A DNA stretch of 64,000 nucleotides, taken from the NCBI GenBank assembly GCA_022563195.1, contig JADFNV010000006.1:12045-76044 (forward strand). The letters are read 5' to 3'. How positions within the stretch are numbered: position 1 is the stretch's first letter; each line of letters starts with the position of its first letter. Origin of the DNA: Pseudomonadota bacterium (GTDB lineage: Bacteria; Pseudomonadota; Gammaproteobacteria; Steroidobacterales; Woeseiaceae). The notes below the pieces were generated by a model. That model did not search any database. It saw nothing but the letters and a program-made list of their open reading frames with translations, and was not told where the DNA came from. Made by a program: the position numbers and the translations under genes. This document shows positions 1-8,048 of the stretch, one piece after another.

Positions 1-1283
1 CTGGGAATCTCCAAATCATGAACGCGCGTCTTCGCGGTCATCAATTCGTGAAGGAGGGTGCGGAAGAGCTCTTGGAGCGCGGCTGTCTTGCGACCTGCTG
101 TTGCGATCTTCGATTCGATCGCCTCAAGTGCGCCTGCGATTTCTTCTTGCTCTACCAGGGACGGCTTGGGGACGAGGATTGATTTAACATCACCTTGGTT
201 AATGCTCGATTGAGCAACGGCTCGCTTCGCGGTTCCAACGATTTGTTTTTTTGTAACCGGCGAATTGAGGAACTTGAAGACATATTGCTTTCGTACTTTT
301 GCTTCATCTACCGAGAACCGCATCATGTTGGATTCAAAGACCATCTCACTGCGAATCTCTCCGATTAACGCTGTCTTCCCCAAGTGAGACAGACTGTTCA
401 CACGATTGATGACGATGTCACCTGCTTCGAGCCCATAGGAGTCGATCTCGTTGGAGCTGAGACGAACAAGGTTTCTGGCTTTCGTGACCACGTCACCGTC
501 GTTGCCGAAGTCGTCAATTCTCAGAATCTGAGTTCCTGTTCCATATTCCCTCTTGTGCTTATAGATTCCATTTTGTGGCTCTTTCTGGAAAATTGTTCCC
601 AACTCCACCACCTCCCAGCTTTCGGGGATGAGCCCGATTTCGGTTTGTTTTTGGGGTTCGTTGTGGAGGCCTTCGGTGAAGAGCTTTTGCATGAGAGCCT
701 TTTTCAGCTCGGTGGTGATTTGAATGATCCGTTCCTGCGTTTCGATTGCACGCTGTACCATAGAAAGGATGTGCGCGATTTTTTTTTGCTCAAGGAGTGG
801 GGGAAGAGCGATCTCAAGGGACTTCAATTTTCCCTTGTTTAGGGTCTGTCCCTTGATCGCCGTGTCTTGATAGTCCTTGTAGTTGATCTGGGATAAATAA
901 TACCTAAGAAAGTCGTAGTTGACCGATTCGCAATCAGGACGAAATGAAATTATCGCTTCGTTGTGGAACGCCGGTATTCCAAGTTGTGAGACGCGCCCGA
1001 TCGTCAGTTTAAACGACATCAGTAGGCTGCCTTCAGGAACCAGCTGGCCACGAAAGATTTTATCGTAGGCTTCCTGTGATACTTTCTCAGCGGTTTTCAT
1101 GACGACGCCGTGAGGTGTCATATCCGAGATACTGACCCACGGATATTTTCCGTTCTTCCAATAAATAGAGCCTGCGCGAGGTGGTGTTTTTCCAAGCTTG
1201 AAATCAACGATATTGCCGAACAGCTCTGCAGTCCATTCGGTGGGCAGAGATTCTGTATCTAGATGTTTAAGATCGAGGCTCAT
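1..1283 (-). CDS. hsdS: Type I restriction-modification specificity subunit HsdS; the C-terminal few residues are cut by the window edge
   Basis: Absent from the ORF track because no stop codon lies inside the window. My own translation of the minus strand from ATG 1283-1281 stays open to position 1 (MSLDLKHLDTESLPTEWTAELFGNIVDFKLGKTPPRAGSIYW...). Two variable target-recognition regions are separated by the conserved helical repeats LPPLLEQKKIAHILSMVQRAIETQERII and VPKPSLVEQEEIAGALEAIESKIATAGRK. An ATGA stop/start overlap joins it to hsdM at 1280-1283. Confidence 0.85.
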   Translation of the reverse strand, partial: MSLDLKHLDTESLPTEWTAELFGNIVDFKLGKTPPRAGSIYWKNGKYPWVSISDMTPHGVVMKTAEKVSQEAYDKIFRGQLVPEGSLLMSFKLTIGRVSQLGIPAFHNEAIISFRPDCESVNYDFLRYYLSQINYKDYQDTAIKGQTLNKGKLKSLEIALPPLLEQKKIAHILSMVQRAIETQERIIQITTELKKALMQKLFTEGLHNEPQKQTEIGLIPESWEVVELGTIFQKEPQNGIYKHKREYGTGTQILRIDDFGNDGDVVTKARNLVRLSSNEIDSYGLEAGDIVINRVNSLSHLGKTALIGEIRSEMVFESNMMRFSVDEAKVRKQYVFKFLNSPVTKKQIVGTAKRAVAQSSINQGDVKSILVPKPSLVEQEEIAGALEAIESKIATAGRKTAALQELFRTLLHELMTAKTRVHDLEIP

Positions 1284-2854
1284 ACTCCGATCTTCTCCAA
1301 GATCGTCCGCAACGCATTATCTACGTCCCGCGCTTCGATCTCTGTCGCGTCGAGTTCGGCAATGATTTCCGCGATGGGGCGGTAGGTTTCCGCGTCGGCC
1401 GTATGAATGTAACGACTGGGGGAAATGTTGTAGTCGTTTTTCTTCAACTCCGCATGCTCAACTATGCGGCTGAGTTTTTCCTCCTCCTTCCAGTTAATCA
1501 GGGTATTGACGATACGATCAATACCCGTGTCCGGAATGAAATTCTTGGGATCACCCTTCTCGAAAGCCTGGCTGGCATTGACCAGGAATATCTTGCGCTG
1601 TCGGTCCTTTGGCTTGGCCTTGTTCAGGAAGAGAACGATGCCCGGTGCGCTTGTATTGTAAAAGAGGTTGTCGGGCAGGTAGAGGACACTCTCAATCAGG
1701 TCGTTGTCGACAAACCACTGGCGGACGGTCTTTTCCTTGCTGATGCCGGCATTGCCCGACCCACGAGAGACTGCGCCGGTGTCGAGGACAACGGCGGCGC
1801 GGCCGGTGGCATTGAGACTGGCGCGCATATGCTGCACCCAACCCCAATCCGCGGAGGATTTACCGGGGAACCCGGCCCCGGCGGGGAAACGGTCAAGCTC
1901 ATCGTTTTCGTAGTCAGCTGCGGTGTACCAGTCCTGATTCCACATGGGATTAGCGACGACGCGGTCGAAGGTGCGAAGCTTGCCGCCCTTACGAAATTTC
2001 GGGTTCTTGAAGGTATCGCCAATCTCGATCTCGCCCTCCATGTCGTGGATGATCATGTTCATGTTGGCCATGGCCCAAGTGTCGGCGATGTATTCCTGCC
2101 CGAAGAGTTTGAGGGGGGAGACGGTGCGTTTCTTTTTGCCTTTGGTCTGCTCCTCCATGGCGATCTCGCATTTGATCAACAGGCCGCCGGAGCCGCAGCA
2201 GGGGTCGTAGATCTCCATACCGGGTTCCGGCTGCAACACCTTTGACATGATCGTACCTACCTCGGGCGGCGTGTAGAACTCGCCGGCGCTTTGGCCGCTA
2301 CCCTCAGCGAATTTTCGGATAAGGTATTCGTAGCTCTTGCCGATGATGTCAGCCTCGACATCGTCCAGCCCCAAACGTTTGGTGCTGATGGCTTCGATGA
2401 GATTGGAGAGGCGGTCGTCGTCGATGTCGCGCTGGCCGTGGGTGGTAGCGTTGAAATCAACGCAGTCGATAATGCCCTGGAGACGCGGGTTTTCCCTGGC
2501 AATGGCCCGCATGTGGGTAGTGACGCCTTCACCGATTTGATCCGATAGCTTGCGGATGACAGACCAGACAGGCTGCTCGGGATCGTCGGGCATGAGGGGA
2601 AGGTAGAAACGGACCATTGCTTTGCCCTGTCCTGCCTTTCGCCAGTCTGCCTTCGTGAGCTGGAAAGCCTTCTTTCTTGAACCGACTTCCTTCGCGATAC
2701 GATCGACTTCGTCATCAAAAACATCGCAGAGCCGCTTGGTGAAGATCAGTGGCAGAATGTAATCCTTGTATTTGGCCGCATCCTTCGCGCCGCGGATGGA
2801 GCAGGCAGCATCCCATATCCAGGCTTCGAGGGATTTGTCTTTTTCTTTTGCCAT
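1280..2854 (-). CDS. hsdM: Type I restriction-modification N6-adenine DNA methyltransferase subunit HsdM
   Basis: 524 aa. It has AdoMet motif I (DPCCGSGG) and catalytic motif IV of the NPPY/F class (VVANPMWNQDW). It lies directly upstream of hsdS and is translationally coupled to it. Confidence 0.95.
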   Translation of the reverse strand: MAKEKDKSLEAWIWDAACSIRGAKDAAKYKDYILPLIFTKRLCDVFDDEVDRIAKEVGSRKKAFQLTKADWRKAGQGKAMVRFYLPLMPDDPEQPVWSVIRKLSDQIGEGVTTHMRAIARENPRLQGIIDCVDFNATTHGQRDIDDDRLSNLIEAISTKRLGLDDVEADIIGKSYEYLIRKFAEGSGQSAGEFYTPPEVGTIMSKVLQPEPGMEIYDPCCGSGGLLIKCEIAMEEQTKGKKKRTVSPLKLFGQEYIADTWAMANMNMIIHDMEGEIEIGDTFKNPKFRKGGKLRTFDRVVANPMWNQDWYTAADYENDELDRFPAGAGFPGKSSADWGWVQHMRASLNATGRAAVVLDTGAVSRGSGNAGISKEKTVRQWFVDNDLIESVLYLPDNLFYNTSAPGIVLFLNKAKPKDRQRKIFLVNASQAFEKGDPKNFIPDTGIDRIVNTLINWKEEEKLSRIVEHAELKKNDYNISPSRYIHTADAETYRPIAEIIAELDATEIEARDVDNALRTILEKIGV

Positions 2855-2886
2855 TAGAGTTCTTTGTTGTCCTTGAATTGATCGGA

Positions 2887-3732
2887 TTAACCACTTAGTA
2901 CAAAACCAATGCCGTCCCGAAAACCGGCTAATAGTTTCAACCCGCTTGCTGCCTTGTCCCCTAGCTCCCCCACCAAGCGCAAGTTTCCATTCGGGTCTGC
3001 CTCGTCGCCAAGCACTTTTTCGACGGCGTCAAGAACACGATCTGGATATTCGCTGTTGTTGCCAATACACTCAGCTGCATCGTATCCGGCTAGCCAGGCA
3101 CCGGCCACCTGGTAATCGAATTCATCACTGTCGAATAAATGTGTTCCGACGTCATATAGTCTTTTTGTGTTGTCGTCGTTCAAGTAGTTTGAAAGCACTA
3201 GAAATAGATCACTTGCATCTTTTCTTGGTGTATACGTGTGTCGCTCTGACCATGCCATGAGCTTCAGAATTGCTTGCATCGGCAGGCAGACGGTTGCGAC
3301 GTACTGTTTGTCTGGCAATATGATCTCAACTGCAGTCGCACGAGCCTCCCCGTATCCCAGTACTCCCATCACGGAGTTGTCTTCCGGCCACATGATCGTG
3401 CCATCGTCGCGCTCAACACCACCAAATGGGATAAGGTCGAGCGGGATACCGCCGCGATGGATAAGCCGGTGATTGCCAGGCCGGCCGGGTGTGAAGTGCT
3501 CGGAACTCAGAATTGAGTCGCGTAATTTTTGGAATTCGTCCCAACCAGCGACGGCAAGTCCGAAGTCGATGTCCGTGGTCGCACGAGTGATTGGCACACC
3601 GTAGCCATAATGAAGCAACAGATCGCGTGCCATTGCACCCACGACCAAAAAGTCAGCATCGGGAGCTACGTCTCGCGCGTCAGACAGGATCGCTGACAGC
3701 CAGCGAAGTTCGACTTTATCGCTTAAATCCAT
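2887..3732 (-). CDS. Pol-beta-superfamily nucleotidyltransferase, AbiEii-like (putative type IV toxin / abortive-infection effector)
   Basis: Motifs seen are FLVVGAMARD (hG[GS]-like), TTDIDFGLAV (DxD) and KLMAWSERHTYTPRKDASDLFLVL (K..R..KD..DL helix as in DUF1814/AbiEii). I prefer the ATG at 3732 (MDLSDKVE...) to the ORF-track start at 3783, because it cuts the overlap with the upstream gene to 17 nt. hsdM starts 32 nt downstream on the same strand. Confidence 0.6.
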   Translation of the reverse strand: MDLSDKVELRWLSAILSDARDVAPDADFLVVGAMARDLLLHYGYGVPITRATTDIDFGLAVAGWDEFQKLRDSILSSEHFTPGRPGNHRLIHRGGIPLDLIPFGGVERDDGTIMWPEDNSVMGVLGYGEARATAVEIILPDKQYVATVCLPMQAILKLMAWSERHTYTPRKDASDLFLVLSNYLNDDNTKRLYDVGTHLFDSDEFDYQVAGAWLAGYDAAECIGNNSEYPDRVLDAVEKVLGDEADPNGNLRLVGELGDKAASGLKLLAGFRDGIGFVLSG

Positions 3733-4732
3733 CAATGATCCTTTCGTAGATGATATCTGCTGCTTCGAGGCAGCGAGCATCACCGATGTTTAGCAAATCT
3801 GCGTAAATCAAAGGGCAAGGCGTTGTGTCTTTCTCAGCCGTAGGAAACGCCCAAAATCGTTGCAGAATTTCAACCGGACCATCTGGGTCCTGCTGTAGCT
3901 TGTGTTCAATCAGCAAACGTGGATCGGTTTTTTCTCCATAAAAGGTAACGGTTTCCGGCCGTAAGACCTGTGTTAAACGTTCCGCAGCCACCTCCCCACC
4001 AAATACAAGGTTGTACTTGGCTGGATTCAGGTTTGCCCACCATCGTGTCTGGTCGGTCTGGAATCGCCCCATGATGAGCTTTGGCCGTAGCGTGCGCGCG
4101 TAGGCCTCTGCCCAGCGTTTCAGGAGCAACTCGGGCTGAAGGAGTCTTCGCTCACCATTGATTTCTGCGATGAATCCCAAGGTTGGCAAATCCGCCATGA
4201 CCCAGCCAACCGTGCCATGAGCCACTCCGGCCAGTCGTGCGATCTCCCGATACGGTTCGGCCACCCACTCTGGATGGCATAGCAAAGCAAACAGTACTTT
4301 GAGGCCGCTCGCCTGGAACGCGCGTCCCGTGATCTTGTGGGTCGTTGTCTTTTCGTTTGGCCGCTCGCCCTTGATCCAGACAAGTATTGGTGGTTGATTA
4401 ATATATGCATTGCCGGCCGCATCGAGAAACGCAATATTTCGGGCCTTGAGCTTGTCAGCCAGTGGAGGGGTTACGTAATCGGTAATCAAAAGTGGGGGCT
4501 TTCCGGCTTGTTCGATTTGATGGAGCGCTGCCCCGAGTGTTGCCGGACGGAGGCCTTTTTTGACTTCTACGGCGTAGGTTCGGGTGTGGCGGCCATGGCC
4601 TATTCGCACGAACGCGTCCACTCTGCGGTCGCCGACTTTCACGTCCCGTTTTTCGATCTCAGCGGTAATACCGAGTGCCGGCGCTATGGCCAGGACGGTA
4701 TCAAGTAGTTGGTTTTGAGTATATCTGTCCAT
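3716..4732 (-). CDS. wHTH DNA-binding protein, AbiEi-like antitoxin/regulator with an N-terminal PD-(D/E)xK-like extension
   Basis: 338 aa. The central winged-helix segment reads YREIARLAGVAHGTVGWVMADLPTLGFI and is followed by LLLKRWAEAYARTLRPKL, which recalls AbiEi-family antitoxins. The N-terminus carries RVDAFVRIGHGRHTRTYAVEVKK, a D...EVK pattern of restriction-endonuclease-like folds. It overlaps the downstream NTase gene, and palindromic boxes sit just upstream. Confidence 0.5.
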   Translation of the reverse strand: MDRYTQNQLLDTVLAIAPALGITAEIEKRDVKVGDRRVDAFVRIGHGRHTRTYAVEVKKGLRPATLGAALHQIEQAGKPPLLITDYVTPPLADKLKARNIAFLDAAGNAYINQPPILVWIKGERPNEKTTTHKITGRAFQASGLKVLFALLCHPEWVAEPYREIARLAGVAHGTVGWVMADLPTLGFIAEINGERRLLQPELLLKRWAEAYARTLRPKLIMGRFQTDQTRWWANLNPAKYNLVFGGEVAAERLTQVLRPETVTFYGEKTDPRLLIEHKLQQDPDGPVEILQRFWAFPTAEKDTTPCPLIYADLLNIGDARCLEAADIIYERIIDGFKR

Positions 4733-4742
4733 TTATCTGCAT

Positions 4743-4761
4743 TGTCCACGTTACGTGGACA
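4743..4761. promoter_or_regulatory. Perfect 9-bp inverted repeat TGTCCACGT-T-ACGTGGACA, a candidate operator 11 nt upstream of the AbiEi-like start codon
   Basis: Read directly from the sequence. Additional GTGGACA half-sites lie at 4772-4778 and 5002-5008. The 11-mer ATCTGCATTGT occurs at 4735-4745 and again at 5033-5043, where ACGTGG follows it. Confidence 0.45.
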
Positions 4762-5154
4762 GTAGTCAATAGTGGACAACCTGCGCATTCGCCGAGTCAC
4801 TACCAGAAGCGAAGCGCTGTAGTGACGCGGCGCTCTGAACCAGCCACGACGCGCATTCTGGCGGGATTTTGCAAGTTCTCGGTGAGTGACGCGGACTCAA
4901 ATGCACGTTCTTGCCTTGATGCGAACGGACCTCCCTGCTCACGATCGGACGCCTGTGGACTGGTGCGAATAACGCCCGCACCGACCTAATGAGCCTTATA
5001 TGTGGACAATAGACCATATTCGGAGTAGTGTGATCTGCATTGTACGTGGCCGTTGCGGAAAAACGGTACCTAGGCAGGGGTGAACCTGCCCGAAGTCGAG
5101 GTCTGATTTTCAGGCTGGTCGGCCCAGGACGTTTCGGCGTCCTTCTACTCAGTC

Positions 5155-5209
5155 GGGCATCAGTCCCGGCATCTTCGACTTAACTGGGCATCTCTGCCCG
5201 GCATCTTCA
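5155..5209 (+). repeat. Two near-tandem 24-nt units (GGGCATCAGTCCCGGCATCTTCGA / GGGCATCTCTGCCCGGCATCTTCA) containing four GGCATC boxes
   Basis: Read directly from the sequence. The units are non-coding and lie about 290 nt upstream of the 288-aa recombinase gene. Confidence 0.5.
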
Positions 5210-5492
5210 TGCATGGCCGGACTTAATCATTCGGCTACGTTTTCTCATACGCCTATGGCGTTTCTTTTACTCAACCCCAAAGGAGGTAGATATCCACTCG
5301 TTCTGTTTTTGGATCGAGTGGCCAACTGGTGGTCCCCGGTGGAACTTCACAAAGATCCCCCGGCGAACCTGATTAAGGCTTCAGGCCTTAAGGGACTGGT
5401 GTCCCACGACCGTTTCCGATCATGAATCGGACCTCGTATGCCCTAAGGCTGCGAGCTGGTCATCCAAACTAACCAATGAGGCAAGACGCACC

Positions 5493-6359
5493 ATGAAAGA
5501 CCTGAACTACCAGTTAAGCAAACTCTGCCGTGACAACCGTGACGGCGGGTTTTCGACTCAAGCAACCCGGTCCCGGATATTGGACCTGATTGCCAATCAG
5601 CTGTTGGCGTTGGGATTCAGGCGCATGCAGGCGAGTTCACTTAAACCGAAGCATATTGATGCCCTGCTCGCAAAATGGTGCGAGCAGGGCATCAGTCCCG
5701 GGACATTGAAGAACCGCCTGTCAGCGCTTCGCTGGTGGGCGAAGAAGATCAACAAGCCCAGCATCATTGTCCGGGACAACCGTGTCTATGGTATTGGCAA
5801 GCTGCAGAACGTCGCGAAGGGATCCAAGGCTCTGAAACTGGACGATATGCAACTGTCTGGGATCTCGGATCAATACGTCCTATTGAGCATCCGCTTACAA
5901 GCAGCCTTTGGTCTGCGCCGTGAAGAATCGATCAAGTTCAGTCCGTCCTATGCGATGCAGACCGATCACATCAAACTCAAACCGAGTTGGACCAAAGGCG
6001 GGCGAGCAAGAACGGTCCCGATCCGGAACGAAGATCAGCGCCAACTGCTGCAGGAAATCAAGGCATTCGTCAAAGGCGGCTCTTTGATCCCGGCAGAACT
6101 TAATTACGTACAGCAATTGAATCGTTACCAGCGACAGCTTCGCAATGCGGGTCTGTCGAAGCTGCACGGTCTGCGGCATGGCTATGCGCAGCAGCGTTAT
6201 TTGGAGCTCGCCGAACGGGTTTGTCCAGTGGCGGGTGGGTTGCCATCGAAGGAACTGGACCCTGCACAACGAGCGCTCGACCATGAGGCGCGAGCCATCG
6301 TCAGCAGCGAACTTGGCCACGCTCGAGTTGAAGTAGCAGCGGTGTATCTCGGCCGATGA
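5493..6359 (+). CDS. Tyrosine recombinase / integrase-domain protein
   Basis: 288 aa. It has a core-binding-like N-terminus (KPKHIDALLAKWCEQGISPGTLKNRLSALRWW), Arg-I in AAFGLRREES, box II LHGLRHGYAQQ, and a C-terminal AAVYLGR that supplies the Tyr. An ATGA overlap joins it to the next ORF. Confidence 0.8.
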   Translation: MKDLNYQLSKLCRDNRDGGFSTQATRSRILDLIANQLLALGFRRMQASSLKPKHIDALLAKWCEQGISPGTLKNRLSALRWWAKKINKPSIIVRDNRVYGIGKLQNVAKGSKALKLDDMQLSGISDQYVLLSIRLQAAFGLRREESIKFSPSYAMQTDHIKLKPSWTKGGRARTVPIRNEDQRQLLQEIKAFVKGGSLIPAELNYVQQLNRYQRQLRNAGLSKLHGLRHGYAQQRYLELAERVCPVAGGLPSKELDPAQRALDHEARAIVSSELGHARVEVAAVYLGR

Positions 6360-6787
6360 AACCATCACGTGCATCCATCACTTTGTTACCGCGGCTCGTA
6401 CGCTTTCGCGATGCTCCAGCCTATCTCGGCATGGACCGCAACCGCTTCAACACCGAGGTCCGGCCCTTTCTCACCAACATTCCCATCGGTCAACAAGGCA
6501 TTGCCTTCGACCGACTTGAACTGGACGCCTGGGTGGAAGACTATATCTCCCACAACGGACGTCCCGGTCTGCCGAAAGGAGACAGGATATGGGACGTAAA
6601 AGAACGCCAGGGCTCGTCAGGAGACAAGGGCTCTGGCATATCGACAAGCGCATCGGTGGGCGACGCGTTTGCCAAAGCACTGGGACGGCTAAGCTCGAAG
6701 AAGCGGAGTTGTTCCTCGCCAGGCAAATCGAAGAATCCCGCCAAGCGCAAGTCTATGGCGTTCGGCCGGCGAGGTCGTTCGAGTTAG
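6356..6787 (+). CDS. AlpA/excisionase-like small DNA-binding protein; the true 3' end is uncertain
   Basis: The first ~80 aa (LLPRLVRFRDAPAYLGMDRNRFNTEVRPFLTNIPIGQQGIAFDRLELDAWVEDY) fit the AlpA/Xis HTH pattern. The last ~66 aa are low-complexity and overlap the integrase gene by 199 nt in another frame. Confidence 0.45.
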   Translation: MKPSRASITLLPRLVRFRDAPAYLGMDRNRFNTEVRPFLTNIPIGQQGIAFDRLELDAWVEDYISHNGRPGLPKGDRIWDVKERQGSSGDKGSGISTSASVGDAFAKALGRLSSKKRSCSSPGKSKNPAKRKSMAFGRRGRSS

Positions 6788-7671
6788 CTGCTGTAAAGTT
6801 TGTTCGCGAGAACCAGCACAAGCGCACGATTCGAAATGACATCGCTCAGCTGAAACGGCTGATGCCCTGGATAGGGTCGCTTCCTTTGAAGCGAATTCAC
6901 ATCGGGGTATTACAGTCGTGGATAGAACACCGACGTAAGGAGGGAGTAGCCACAGGAACCATTAACCACGGGCTGAAAGTTGTTCGACGCATCCTGAATC
7001 TCGCCCAAAGCGATTGGCTGGATGAGAACGGACTGACCTGGCTCGCGGCAGCACCGAAGATTAAGCTGTTACCGGATACCAAGAAGCGGCAACCTTATCC
7101 GCTGAACTGGGAAGAGCAACAGCAATTGTTCTCGGCGTTGCCAGCTCATCTAGCAGAAATGGCCTTGTACGCAGTCAACACTGGCTGCCGCGATGCGGAG
7201 ATCTGCAACCTGCGATGGGACTGGGAAGTGAAGGTATCCACTCTTGAAACGTTTGTGTTCATCGTGCCGGGAGAGTTCGTCAAGAACGGTGACGAAAGGC
7301 TGGTGGTTTTAAATGACATTGCCCGATCAGTAGTGAATGCGCGCCGAGGAAAACATCCGACGCATGTGTTCGCCTACAAAGGCAAACCGGTTACGAGGTT
7401 GCTGAACAGTTCCTGGTGCCGGGTCAGAAGAAACTTAGGCCTTGAACAGGTACGAGTGCACGATCTGAAGCACACGTTTGGTCGGAGGCTTCGTGCCGCC
7501 GGGGTGAGCTTCGAGGATCGGCAGGACCTGCTTGGTCATCGGTCAGGTCGGATGACGACGCACTACTCCGCAGCAGAGCTTTCGAAGCTCATTGAAGCGG
7601 CGAATAGTGTGTGTGAAAGAAGTGGTAACAAGCCCGAATTAGTCGTTTTACGACGAATCGGCGTCAGTTAG
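6589..7671 (+). CDS. int: Site-specific tyrosine integrase (tRNA-associated island integrase)
   Basis: 360 aa. It has a SAM-like N-domain, Arg-I in NTGCRDAEI, box II VHDLKHTFGRRLR and LLGHRSGRMTTHYS (His-III and the Tyr nucleophile). The gene ends 67 nt from the 3' end of tRNA-Phe. Confidence 0.9.
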   Translation: MGRKRTPGLVRRQGLWHIDKRIGGRRVCQSTGTAKLEEAELFLARQIEESRQAQVYGVRPARSFELAAVKFVRENQHKRTIRNDIAQLKRLMPWIGSLPLKRIHIGVLQSWIEHRRKEGVATGTINHGLKVVRRILNLAQSDWLDENGLTWLAAAPKIKLLPDTKKRQPYPLNWEEQQQLFSALPAHLAEMALYAVNTGCRDAEICNLRWDWEVKVSTLETFVFIVPGEFVKNGDERLVVLNDIARSVVNARRGKHPTHVFAYKGKPVTRLLNSSWCRVRRNLGLEQVRVHDLKHTFGRRLRAAGVSFEDRQDLLGHRSGRMTTHYSAAELSKLIEAANSVCERSGNKPELVVLRRIGVS

Positions 7672-7738
7672 GTCACGCAAAACTCACGCAAGGGCTTTTT
7701 TGGAAAAGCTTGGAAACGACGCAAGTTGTTGAAAAGAA

Positions 7739-7814
<76 letters not shown>

Positions 7815-7837
7815 CTCAACTCGGCTAACTATTCCGG

Positions 7838-7854
7838 ACGCGGATTTTCAGTCC
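7838..7854 (-). repeat. 17-nt exact duplicate of the tRNA-Phe anticodon-arm segment (ACGCGGATTTTCAGTCC), a tRNA gene fragment
   Basis: It is identical to 7770-7786 inside the tRNA gene. It lies 24 nt beyond the tRNA 5' end, in non-coding DNA. Confidence 0.7.
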
Positions 7855-8048
7855 TAGCCTACCCTGTCGCTACGCGACCCCGCTACACTGGCCCCGCTAC
7901 GCACCCCGCTGCGCTGGCCCCCCACAGGGCTCTCCGAAGAGCGGGGTATTTAACCGACGCGCCGGCGGTGAGTCAAGGTGAATGTTCAGAATCAACGCTA
8001 TCTTTGGGCCTCGCGCATGGTCATGCGGTCACGATCCGGGCCAGAGAC

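Noticed and set aside
384-842. 152-aa plus-strand ORF from the track
   Set aside because: It lies entirely antisense to an uninterrupted HsdS reading frame with clear family motifs. It has no motif or RBS of its own, so it is a shadow ORF.
5213-5425. 70-aa ORF in the island non-coding stretch, near an AAAGGAGG box at 5279
   Set aside because: The SD-like box lies inside the ORF, 66 nt downstream of its ATG, so it cannot serve as that ORF's RBS, and no start codon follows it at a suitable distance. The ORF spans hairpins and has no recognisable features.
7694-7709. Hairpin GCTTTT-TTGG-AAAAGC between the integrase and the tRNA, considered as a terminator
   Set aside because: The stem is only 6 bp and AT-rich, and no U-run follows on either strand. 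That is too weak to call.
1-7738. Possibility that the island is a prophage
   Set aside because: No capsid, tail, terminase, lysis or replication genes appear in the visible part. The cargo is R-M/Abi-type. The part beyond the window is unknown, so this rejection holds only for the visible segment.
7866-7922. Possible CRISPR-like array
   Set aside because: The units are about 13 nt and contiguous, with no spacers, and no cas genes are present. It is a simple tandem repeat.
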